This document shows, piece after piece, positions 29,178-38,045 of a stretch of 45,135 nt of DNA. Below the pieces are notes generated by a model that saw only the letters and a program-made list of their open reading frames with translations, was not told where the DNA came from and made no database searches. The position numbers and the translations under genes are program-made. Within the stretch, counting starts at the first letter, position 1. Every line of letters starts with the position of its first letter. This DNA comes from Desulfatiglandales bacterium (lineage in GTDB: Bacteria > Desulfobacterota > DSM-4660 > Desulfatiglandales > HGW-15), in contig JAQYVK010000604.1 in the NCBI GenBank assembly GCA_030145585.1, positions 1-45,135 on the forward strand, in the 5' to 3' direction.

Positions 29178-29336
29178 ATGAGCTTAGGGGGCACGGCTAC
29201 AGGGGAACACGGTGTGGGGATAGGCAAAAGGCAGTTCATGGAGGCGGAACATGGGAACAGCCTCGATTGGATGAAAAAGATCAAAGGCCTGTTCGACCCC
29301 CATGGAATCCTCGACCCAGGTAAAATCTTTCCCTGA
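29178..29336 (+). pseudogene. C-terminal fragment of a FAD-linked oxidase (GlcD / D-lactate dehydrogenase family)
   Basis: Translates to MSLGGTATGEHGVGIGKRQFM...IKGLFDPHGILDPGKIFP*; the rest of the gene is absent. Confidence 0.85.
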
Positions 29337-29390
29337 TAGGGTGCGAAAGGGCCCAATCTAAAACCTGACCCGGATAAACCGGAAATAATA

Positions 29391-29463
29391 GCCACAAAGG
29401 CACCAAGACACAAACAATAAATGTTTTTTATAATTAAATTTCGTGTCTTGGTGTCTTGGTGGC
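29391..29463. repeat. Inverted nonamer-arm element
   Basis: GCCACAAAGGCACCAAGACACAAA mirrored by TTTCGTGTCTTGGTGTCTTGGTGGC. Confidence 0.7.
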
Positions 29464-29536
29464 GAGAATATTTTGTTAGATAAATCCTTCGCAAACATGA
29501 TGTGATTTCAATAAATAGGTACTAAATGAATGGATA

Positions 29537-29776
29537 TTGGAATTTATGGAAGACTATATAAAAGTCGTGACTTTAGACAATGAGATCGAAGCCGGATTGC
29601 TGGAGTCTATCTTGAGCGAAAGGGGTATACCCCATCGCATGAGGTCCTATCACGACACCGCATACGACGGCCTTTTCCAGACCCAAAAAGGTTGGGGGTG
29701 CATCAATGCCCCGGAATCATACCAGGAAGAGATCAAGGAGATCCTTTCTGATGTGAGGAAAGAGGCTTTAGAGTGA
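29537..29776 (+). CDS. DUF2007-like putative signal transducing protein
   Basis: LDNEIEAGLLESILSERGIPH...SYHDTAYDGLFQ..KGWG. Confidence 0.7.
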   Translation: MEFMEDYIKVVTLDNEIEAGLLESILSERGIPHRMRSYHDTAYDGLFQTQKGWGCINAPESYQEEIKEILSDVRKEALE

Positions 29777-29832
29777 TTCTGTTTGGCCCATTTGTCACTC
29801 GAAATATGGGCCGACGGATGCAGGAGTTTTAG

Positions 29833-31038
29833 ATGAGAATTATCCTTTTTGCTGGAAAGGGAGGTGTCGGAAAAACGAGCATAGCGGCCGCCACAGGCAT
29901 AAAAGCGGCCGAAATGGGGAAGAAGACCGTCATCATGTCCCTGGATATTGCGCACAGCCTTTCCGACATTTTCGACCTGGAAAGGGGTTTGTTGGATAAA
30001 AACAAAGGGCGGCCGATCAAAATCAGCGAGAACCTGTGGATACAGGAACTGGATGTTCAAGAAGAGATAGAAAAAAACTGGGGCGGTATCCATAAATATA
30101 TTTCTACGCTACTCAATACCACGGGTCTGGATGAAATCCTGGCGGAAGAACTGGCCATTTTGCCCGGCATGGAAGAGGTCAGCCTGCTGCTCTATATTAA
30201 CCGTTACGTCCAGCAAAAAAAGTTTGATGTGATGATCCTCGACTGTGCACCCACGGGTGAATCCCTAAGGTTTATCAGTATTCCGACCACGCTCGAATGG
30301 TACATTTCGAAAGTCTTTAAAATGGAAAGGGCCCTTGCCAAATATGTTGGACCCGTGGCGAAGAGGCTGTATGACGTTCCGATTCCGGGTGATGACTATT
30401 TTGAGGCCATTTCAATTTTGTTTGAACGGTTGAAAGGGGTGGATCAAATCTTGGCGGATCCCGACATTACCACAGTTCGTCTTGTCACCAATCCGGAAAA
30501 GATTGTCTTAAAAGAGACCCAAAGGGCCCTGATGTATTTCTGTCTCTACAAGATGAACATAGATGGCATCATTATCAATCGTATTCTTCCGGAGGACATA
30601 AAGGACAACTATTTCAAAGGCTGGAGGGAAAGCCAAAAACATTACCTGGAGAAGGCAGAAGAATACTTTCGCCCCATCCCCATTTTTTACGTGAAACTCT
30701 TTCAAAACGAAATCCTGGGTTATGGCTCCCTTCAAAAATTGGCCGAACAAATCTATGAGGGCAAAGACCCCCTTGAACGGTTTTTTAAAGGGGAGCCCTA
30801 TCAACTGATCAAAGAGAATGGGGAGTACCGACTGATCATGAAACTTCCCTTCCTCGCGAAGGGGGATGTGGAACTCAATAAACTCTCAGACGAATTGATT
30901 ATTCGAATAGGTGGTTTTAAGAGGAGCGTGTTACTACCAAGACATGTGGCGTCCTCTAAATCGGTAAAAGCCAAATTGGAGGGTCAACATTTATCGATTT
31001 ATTTTAAAGGAGATGATCATGCCCAGAAAAATGAATGA
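29833..31038 (+). CDS. ArsA/GET3 family ATPase with a C-terminal HSP20-like domain
   Basis: GKGGVGKTS, SLDIAHSLSD, DCAPTGESLR; single ATPase domain plus beta-sandwich tail. Confidence 0.92.
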   Translation: MRIILFAGKGGVGKTSIAAATGIKAAEMGKKTVIMSLDIAHSLSDIFDLERGLLDKNKGRPIKISENLWIQELDVQEEIEKNWGGIHKYISTLLNTTGLDEILAEELAILPGMEEVSLLLYINRYVQQKKFDVMILDCAPTGESLRFISIPTTLEWYISKVFKMERALAKYVGPVAKRLYDVPIPGDDYFEAISILFERLKGVDQILADPDITTVRLVTNPEKIVLKETQRALMYFCLYKMNIDGIIINRILPEDIKDNYFKGWRESQKHYLEKAEEYFRPIPIFYVKLFQNEILGYGSLQKLAEQIYEGKDPLERFFKGEPYQLIKENGEYRLIMKLPFLAKGDVELNKLSDELIIRIGGFKRSVLLPRHVASSKSVKAKLEGQHLSIYFKGDDHAQKNE

Positions 31039-31249
31039 AGAGGAAGGCTTTTCCTGCCCCGTGGGTAGCTTTTTTGCGGATATGGAAAAAGTATTCGGGA
31101 AAAAATCAAAGTTTTTTGAGCATATGGGCCGCTCGCAGGCTGAATTTCTCAAGGCCGTCAGATCCCTCATCGATGAAAAAATTGAGGGTCTTGAAAAAAA
31201 AGGTAAAGCCGGAGCGGGAAGGAAGAGGACCAAAATCAAGGTGGAATAG
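31013..31249 (+). CDS. Small hypothetical protein coupled to the ArsA-like gene
   Basis: Overlaps the ATPase stop, AAGGAG ribosome-binding site, helical sequence ending in KIKVE. Confidence 0.65.
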   Translation: MIMPRKMNEEEGFSCPVGSFFADMEKVFGKKSKFFEHMGRSQAEFLKAVRSLIDEKIEGLEKKGKAGAGRKRTKIKVE

Positions 31250-31384
31250 ACAGAAGTGTCATGGATGGCGAGGAGATCGGTTCGCTTTAATGTGCGGCGT
31301 TGGAGAAACGTCTGAATACAGTTGACGAGATAGGGCGGCATCTGTTAGAAGACCCTGACATTGACGGGATGGAGAAGGTCTTTT

Positions 31385-32641
31385 TTGGAATTTGCATCAA
31401 TAAAAGGTTTTAAAGACATTCTGCCGGGTGAGACCGAGACCTGGCAGCGATTGGAAGCCGCAGCGCGACGGGTCTTCCGACCCTACGGTTTCAAGGAGAT
31501 CAAACCCCCAATCCTTGAAAGAACAGAGCTTTTCAGTCGGGGTATCGGCCTGGATACGGATATCGTTGCCAAAGAGATGTATTCATTCCCCGACAGCAAG
31601 GGAAACGGCATGACCCTCAGGCCGGAAGCGACAGCCTCGGTAGTCAGGGCCTACATTCAGCACAAGCTCTATAAATTGGACCCGGTTCAGAAACTCTATA
31701 CGATCGGCCCCATGTTCAGGCATGAACGGCCGCAGAAGGGTCGATTCAGACAGTTCCACCAGATAAACGCGGAAATCCTGGGTGATCCGGGCCCGAAATC
31801 AGATGCTGATCTTATCGTCATGGTCATGGGTCTGCTCAGTACCCTTGGATTGAAAGGGCTATCCCTTCAACTGAACTCCCTTGGATGCCCGCAGTGCAGG
31901 GTTCAATTCAAAAAGACGCTGAATCGTTATCTTGCTCAAAAGACCGATGCCCTCTGCTCCGACTGCCGAAGAAGGGCCGAGACCAATCCCCTTAGGGTCT
32001 TTGATTGCAAAGTAGAGGCATGCAAAGAGGTGGTCTCAGAAGCCCCCTCCATACTCGAGTTCCTCGACGAGGATTGCCGGCATCATTTTAGATCCCTACA
32101 GGAGTATCTTGAAGACTACAAAGTTCCTTTTATTCTGAATCACAGGCTTGTGCGGGGCCTCGATTATTACAATCGGACGACCTTTGAAATACAGACTGAA
32201 AGGTTGGGTTCTCAAAATGCGGTTACAGGGGGCGGTCGATATGACGGCCTTGTGAAGATTCTTGGCGGGCCGGATCAACCTGCCATTGGTTTTGCTATGG
32301 GGATTGAGAGGTTGGTCGAGCTTATGGAAGAAGATCAGGAACAGGAGTCGGAGACCCCCGACCTCTTTGTGGCCGGGTTGGGAGCAAAGTCTGAAAGAAA
32401 GGTCTTCAATTGGGTCAATGAATTAAGGCAAAGCGGTATCTGGGTCGACATGGTATATGCCCCAAAAGGGCTGAAGGCTCAGATGAAACAGGCCGACCGG
32501 TCTGGGGCGAAAAAGGTGCTCATCATCGGCGACAATGAACTTGAGGCTGGAAAAGGGGTCCTGCGAGATATGACAACGAAGGAGCAGAAAGATGTGCCCC
32601 TCGATAATCTGCTGGAGACGTTGAAAAAAGAGATCGGATAA
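31385..32641 (+). CDS. hisS: Histidine--tRNA ligase
   Basis: KGFKDILP, LRPEATA, RHERPQKGRFRQFHQ, LVRGLDYY, GGGRYDGL; TTG at 31385 preferred as start. Confidence 0.97.
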   Translation: MEFASIKGFKDILPGETETWQRLEAAARRVFRPYGFKEIKPPILERTELFSRGIGLDTDIVAKEMYSFPDSKGNGMTLRPEATASVVRAYIQHKLYKLDPVQKLYTIGPMFRHERPQKGRFRQFHQINAEILGDPGPKSDADLIVMVMGLLSTLGLKGLSLQLNSLGCPQCRVQFKKTLNRYLAQKTDALCSDCRRRAETNPLRVFDCKVEACKEVVSEAPSILEFLDEDCRHHFRSLQEYLEDYKVPFILNHRLVRGLDYYNRTTFEIQTERLGSQNAVTGGGRYDGLVKILGGPDQPAIGFAMGIERLVELMEEDQEQESETPDLFVAGLGAKSERKVFNWVNELRQSGIWVDMVYAPKGLKAQMKQADRSGAKKVLIIGDNELEAGKGVLRDMTTKEQKDVPLDNLLETLKKEIG

Positions 32642-32656
32642 TTCACGATTATTACC

Positions 32657-34462
32657 ATGGATGAAATAGAGAACATACAAATTGATTCACTGGGAGACTG
32701 GAAGAGGACCCATGACTGTGGCAGTCTGAGGGCCGAAGACGTGGGCCAAGAAGCCTTGTTGATGGGTTGGGTAAACAGTCGGAGGGACCTGGGCAATCTG
32801 ATTTTCATCGATCTTCGGAACAGGGGAGGCATCACCCAGATTGTATTTGATCCCCAGTTGGAGGAGGAAAGCCACAACAGGGCCCATATTTTGAGAAATG
32901 AGTGGGTCCTCGCCGTCAAGGGCAAGGTGACGCCGAGGCTTGAGGGTCAGGAAAATCAAGACCTGCCGACCGGAGCTATTGAGTTAAAGGTCACCCAACT
33001 CAAAATACTGAACAGGACCGAGGTCCCCCCCTTTCAAGTGGATGGGATGGTGGATGCATCGGAGACGCTGAGGCTCAAGTATCGATATCTGGAACTGAGA
33101 AGGCAGAAGATCTTCAAGAACTTTCAAAAGAGACATCATATCACCTCTTGTATCAGGGAATATCTAAACGAAAAGGGTTTTATAGAAGTGGAAACGCCTT
33201 TTCTGACCAAGAGCACGCCGGAAGGGGCTCGCGATTACCTGGTCCCGAGCAGGGTCAACAAGGGTCAGTTTTACGCACTGCCCCAGTCGCCCCAACTCTT
33301 TAAACAGCTCCTCATGATCGGCGGATTCGAACGGTATTACCAGGTGGTCCGATGCTTTCGAGATGAGGATCTCAGGGCAGACCGTCAACCGGAATTCACC
33401 CAGGTGGACATGGAACTGGCCTTTACGAATGAGGAAGAGGTGATGGAAATCTGTGAAGGCATGATGGCAACACTCTTCAGTAAGGTCATGGGGCGGGCAT
33501 TGTCCGAACCCATCCCGCGTCTGCCCTATCAGGAGGTGATGGACCGTTTCGGCACGGATAGACCGGACCTTCGATTCGGGATGGAACTGAAAGAGATTAC
33601 CGAGTTCCTCAAAGAGTCGGAATTTAAGAGCTTTCGCCGGGTCGTGGAAGAGGGCGGGGTCGTCAAGGCCATCAACGTGGATAAGGGCGCCACCAGCTTC
33701 TCAAGAAAGGGGCTGGATGAATTGACCCGTTTGGTGATTGATTGGGGAGGTAAGGGCCTTGCCTGGATCAAAGTAACTGAGGATGGGTGGCAGTCGTCCT
33801 TAAGTAAATTTTTCAGTGACGAAGAAAAGGAAGCCATCAATAAGCAACTAGATGGATCCCCGGGAGATTTGTATCTCATCGTGGCGGATCAGTCGCCGGT
33901 TGCCAATGAGGCCCTTGGAATGCTCAGGGGCGAGGTCGCCAGGAGATTGAACCGGATTAAGGAAGGGGATTTTGCCTTCGTTTGGGTCAACCGGTTCCCG
34001 CTGCTGGCCTATAACGAGACGGAGGGAAGATTGGAGGCCGTTCATCACCCTTTTACGGCCCCACTTGAAGAAGACCTTTCCCTGCTACAGGATCAACCGG
34101 AGAAGGTTCGGGCAAGGTCCTATGATCTTGTGTTGAACGGCACGGAGATCGGTGGGGGAAGCGTGAGGATCCATCAAATTTCCATGCAGCAAGAAATGTT
34201 TAAAATTTTAGGGATTCCCCAGAAAGAAGCGGAGCGAAAATTCGGTTTTTTGTTGGAAGCCTTAAAATATGGCGCTCCCCCACATGGGGGGATCGCTTTC
34301 GGCCTGGATCGTCTTGTGGCGATCCTGACAGGGGTCGATTCCATTAGAGAAATCATAGCCTTCCCGAAGACCCAGCGAGCGACCTGCCCCCTCACAGATG
34401 CCCCCTCTGGGGTGGGTGAGGATCAACTCGAAGAGCTCGGCCTCCGAACCCGTCAGGAATAG
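32657..34462 (+). CDS. aspS: Aspartate--tRNA ligase
   Basis: RTHDCG, TPEGARDYLVPSR, LPQSPQLFKQ, FRDEDLRADRQPEFTQ, PPHGGIAFGLDR. Confidence 0.98.
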   Translation: MDEIENIQIDSLGDWKRTHDCGSLRAEDVGQEALLMGWVNSRRDLGNLIFIDLRNRGGITQIVFDPQLEEESHNRAHILRNEWVLAVKGKVTPRLEGQENQDLPTGAIELKVTQLKILNRTEVPPFQVDGMVDASETLRLKYRYLELRRQKIFKNFQKRHHITSCIREYLNEKGFIEVETPFLTKSTPEGARDYLVPSRVNKGQFYALPQSPQLFKQLLMIGGFERYYQVVRCFRDEDLRADRQPEFTQVDMELAFTNEEEVMEICEGMMATLFSKVMGRALSEPIPRLPYQEVMDRFGTDRPDLRFGMELKEITEFLKESEFKSFRRVVEEGGVVKAINVDKGATSFSRKGLDELTRLVIDWGGKGLAWIKVTEDGWQSSLSKFFSDEEKEAINKQLDGSPGDLYLIVADQSPVANEALGMLRGEVARRLNRIKEGDFAFVWVNRFPLLAYNETEGRLEAVHHPFTAPLEEDLSLLQDQPEKVRARSYDLVLNGTEIGGGSVRIHQISMQQEMFKILGIPQKEAERKFGFLLEALKYGAPPHGGIAFGLDRLVAILTGVDSIREIIAFPKTQRATCPLTDAPSGVGEDQLEELGLRTRQE

Positions 34463-34543
34463 AAGCTTTTTTCAAGCACCAGAGCCAATTGGGGCGCCCT
34501 CCAAAAAGGATGAACCTACTTTTACTCTCCATTGCCTAAATGC
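34388..34543 (+). repeat. Left copy of a diverged direct repeat (aspS 3' end plus downstream DNA), island boundary
   Basis: 34439-34543 aligns with 40312-40419 at 82/108 positions by hand count. Confidence 0.8.
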
Positions 34544-34574
34544 ATCTACTATCCCCCTCCCTTGTAGTGAAAGT

Positions 34575-34933
34575 AAAAGGGGGTCAAATCTTTAAACTTC
34601 AGAAATATATTGATTAGTTTAATTTGGCTATATGGCTAGACCCCTAAGAATTCAATATCCTGGAGCTTATTACCACGTTATATGCAGAGGTAATGAGCAA
34701 AAGAAGATCTTCTGTTTGGATAAGGATTCATCCAGAAGAGAGCAACCAGCCCTGAAAGAATTAAGCAAAGTATTTGAACCGAAAGAATTGATTGAGCAAT
34801 TTATTCAAATAACAGGAGAAAGAAGGGAAGATATCTGTCGGCGCGGCAAAAACTCAACAGAGAGGGCTATGTTGATGGATTTGGCAAGATAATTAAGAAG
34901 TTGAATCATTTGTCAAGTTTAAAGACCCCTTTT
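34575..34933 (+). mobile_element. Internally deleted RAYT-type (Y1 HUH transposase) element with terminal inverted repeats
   Basis: Ends AAAAGGGGGTC-AAATC-TTTAAACTT / AAGTTTAAAGACCCCTTTT enclose ORF 34632-34892. Confidence 0.7.
34632..34892 (+). pseudogene. RAYT / Y1 transposase remnant
   Basis: Begins MARPLRIQYPGAYYHVICRGNEQKKIF but is only 86 aa and lacks the HUH motif and catalytic Tyr region. Confidence 0.8.
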
Positions 34934-34987
34934 CACAAAATTTTTGCGTATTCGGATTTTGAATTTGTTTCGGATTTCCGGACTTGG

Positions 34988-36487
34988 TTAGGTATAATTG
35001 ACAACCGCCGATTTTTTCTGCCCTTCTACCTCGACTGTTATCGACAATCTCTGTGCCATATCTATTGAGAACATTACCTCAATATCGACTTCACCAGCAC
35101 GTTTCGGAGCCAGATTATTGATGGGTATTTTTCCAATAAGAGAATGAGTCTTTTTTGAAATTTTTTTACCTGATCCCTGATAGACTCCTATGTCCAGTTT
35201 TTTAACATTATCCTTGGCAGTGGTGAACACTTGTTTGGCAGTGCAAGGCGCTTGGCGATTTGCAGGAATAAGCTCTTTGAAACGGTTCCCTGATGTTTTG
35301 AGTCCCAGGGCATGACAAGTTCGGGTTCGAATAACAATTTTTTTGTCAAAAAAATCGGTATTGTCGAGATAGGCGGCATACATTGCCGCACCTTCGGCGA
35401 TACTTGTGGATGGGTTAATATTACTCCATGTTTTTTCAGCGCCCAGGATATCATCCAGCAGGTTTTTTATGCATGGTATATGGCTTGAGCCACCAACTCG
35501 AATAACGCGATCAATATCAGAAGGGTTTAATTTGGAACTGGCCCAAAGACTATCTATAATTTTTGAAATCTTATCGAAATAGTCTTTTATGGATTTTTCG
35601 AATTCTTCACGGCTAATCGAAACTTCAATATGTTTATCAGGGAGTATAAACGGAACAGCAACATAGTAATCATTAGAGGCACTCAATGCGATCTTAGCCA
35701 ATGTTGACTGTTCTAGCAGGTTCTTTTGCGCCTTATTGAACAGTTTTGGTTCAATACCATCTAAGGAAACACCACTTTTTTCCAAAATAACATCCGCAAG
35801 ACATCTATCGAAGTCCATTCCACCCAGCCTGTCATCACCACTGCTGGCGAGGACCTCGAAAAATATTGTATCGCTTGTATGCTTAAGTTGAAACAATGTA
35901 AGATCAAAGGTGCCGCCCCCAAGATCAAAGACGAGAATTTTCTGGCTAAACTCTTTGTCAAAATGGTCCTCGCAAATTTGCAAGGCATAGGAAAGAGAAG
36001 CGGCAATTGGCTCTTGAATAATTCCAATACAATTAATATCTGTCATTTCAGCTGCCTTGCGTGTATTGTCCATCTGGTGCGCTTTGAAATAGCATGGAAC
36101 AGTGACAACACTGCCACGGCTGCTGAAAGTACCCGTCGGATATTTCATCTTGGCATCTTCATATATCTTTTCCAAAATCAAAGAAGAGAGTGTAATAGGA
36201 GTAAATTCTTTACCTCCAAGCATGACTTTCTGATTGCCATCATCCATAAGCCGTTTGACACCGACTATCATATTTTCCGGTATCATAAGTCCTTTGGTAT
36301 ATGCTATATGACCAACCAGAATTTCATCATTTTCCGGGTTGTAATAGACAACCGATTGAGTTATATCTTGACCCGCCCTGTTTTGAATGATTTGAGGTCC
36401 TTTCCTGTCCACCCATCTAGCTAATGCACTGAAGGTTGTACCTAAATCAAAGCCTAATACTGGATTAGTTTCGTTATCAATAGCCAT
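34988..36487 (-). CDS. Atypical Hsp70 family protein B (lid-less, basic substrate-binding domain)
   Basis: GFDLGTT, VKRLM, TVPCYF, QEPIAA, FDLGGGTFD, VGGSSHIP; ends directly after SBD-beta. Confidence 0.92.
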   Translation of the reverse strand: MAIDNETNPVLGFDLGTTFSALARWVDRKGPQIIQNRAGQDITQSVVYYNPENDEILVGHIAYTKGLMIPENMIVGVKRLMDDGNQKVMLGGKEFTPITLSSLILEKIYEDAKMKYPTGTFSSRGSVVTVPCYFKAHQMDNTRKAAEMTDINCIGIIQEPIAASLSYALQICEDHFDKEFSQKILVFDLGGGTFDLTLFQLKHTSDTIFFEVLASSGDDRLGGMDFDRCLADVILEKSGVSLDGIEPKLFNKAQKNLLEQSTLAKIALSASNDYYVAVPFILPDKHIEVSISREEFEKSIKDYFDKISKIIDSLWASSKLNPSDIDRVIRVGGSSHIPCIKNLLDDILGAEKTWSNINPSTSIAEGAAMYAAYLDNTDFFDKKIVIRTRTCHALGLKTSGNRFKELIPANRQAPCTAKQVFTTAKDNVKKLDIGVYQGSGKKISKKTHSLIGKIPINNLAPKRAGEVDIEVMFSIDMAQRLSITVEVEGQKKSAVVNYT

Positions 36488-36588
36488 CTAAAATCTCCTA
36501 ACGAGAAAATCAACGCAATTATATGCGCTTTGATTCTTTTTTTCTTCAAACCCATTATTCCGTTACCACGGAAGGCGTTACTTCACTA

Positions 36589-37770
36589 TTAATCATTATT
36601 CTTAATAACAACCACACGTGCAACGCGAAGCGTCTGCCGGTTTCCATTGTGAGCAACGTACTCATACCCATCCCTGCTGATCTCTTTAATTTGTTCGTTC
36701 TCCATCACAGGATCAGCCTCAACTGAAGAAGGTTCATGACGCTCAAAATCGATCATCATACCAGGCTCTATGTCCATCCGGTAAACACCTAGATCATTCA
36801 GCATGGTTAAAATGGTGCTGCTAAGTGTGAAATAGGTATTAAACCACTCACTTAATTTTGATTCTGATTCCTGATATTGCTCCATTAATTCATCTATCAG
36901 AATCGAAGTGGGATTCTTTCCATCGATAATACCATCAAGAATAGGGAGAACCTGTTTTCCAATGAAATCAAGCCATGTCTTTTGCCGTTTTTCAGCGAGG
37001 TCACCAGCTTTGGACACAAGTTTGTAGTTTGACCTTCTAATAATGTCCAGATTCTTGTTTATCTTTTTTTGTGCTGAATTCTCATTCATTTCACCTTCCA
37101 TAAGTTTCATCCACTCATCTTCCTCAAGCTCCTTTAAATTGTCAGCTAATTCGATTTCCTCTACCAGGCTTTTCAGTCGATCATCCTGATTAACCAAGCG
37201 TTGTAGCATCCGACCAATAATGTTGAGTCCCTGCTGGCTGCTTTCCAGCGCTTTTTTAAGTTCCTTTGACAGACTTTCCAGGATCTCATTGCTGTTTGCT
37301 ATAACGTCATCAGTAGCGTCTGCTGCCTCTTTGATCATGAGTTTCAGTCTTTTCCCACGCTCAAGCCAAAACTCGGCATTCTTTAGACACAGCTTAATAC
37401 TCTTTTCGTCATCTTTAATACTTTCCTGTTCTTCAGCCTTTGCCTGAGCGATCAAACCCTGGATATCTAAGACAGGTTCTTTTGAGACTATCTCTTTATC
37501 GGCCTTCACCGGAGAGGGTTGTGATTCTATCTGTTTCAGGTGCGAGCAAATTTCATCAAATTTTGCTTCAAGCTCCTTAAACCGTTCTTCAAGTTTATTA
37601 ATCCTGTCATCCCGATTTTCCAATTCTGCCTTAAGGCCTTCGATCTTTAAAGAAACCTTTTGCAATGGCTCCATTACAAAAGCTTGAAAGGCCTTGGTTA
37701 CTTCTTCGGCTTTCTCATCGTCAGGGAGGCTCTGATTATCTTCGGAAATATTGTTTTTTGTGGCGCTCAT
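36589..37770 (-). CDS. GrpE-like nucleotide exchange factor with a long N-terminal coiled-coil extension
   Basis: C-terminus VLPILDGI...LGVYRMDIEPGMMIDFERHE...RDGY...LRVARVVV follows the GrpE pattern; 393 aa. Confidence 0.75.
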   Translation of the reverse strand: MSATKNNISEDNQSLPDDEKAEEVTKAFQAFVMEPLQKVSLKIEGLKAELENRDDRINKLEERFKELEAKFDEICSHLKQIESQPSPVKADKEIVSKEPVLDIQGLIAQAKAEEQESIKDDEKSIKLCLKNAEFWLERGKRLKLMIKEAADATDDVIANSNEILESLSKELKKALESSQQGLNIIGRMLQRLVNQDDRLKSLVEEIELADNLKELEEDEWMKLMEGEMNENSAQKKINKNLDIIRRSNYKLVSKAGDLAEKRQKTWLDFIGKQVLPILDGIIDGKNPTSILIDELMEQYQESESKLSEWFNTYFTLSSTILTMLNDLGVYRMDIEPGMMIDFERHEPSSVEADPVMENEQIKEISRDGYEYVAHNGNRQTLRVARVVVIKNND

Positions 37771-38045
37771 AGCAGTTAATGTCCCCTTGATTGTGAAACA
37801 AATTTATTGGGACCATTTTGTATGGTTTTGAATTTCAATATTAATTAAACATCTCGGAAATTGTACAATCAAGAGCGCAAAGCTTCACTTCGTGTCCAGT
37901 ATTCCAACATTCTAAAGTTGGGATCCCGCCCCGGAGGGGCGGGAGGCTGAGCGGAGCAAAGCGAGCGCGAAGAATTGTGAGCGAAGCGAACGGTGTTCAA
38001 CAAATCCTGTTTTGCCGTAAGATTCCGTTATTCTTCGCGAACCGG

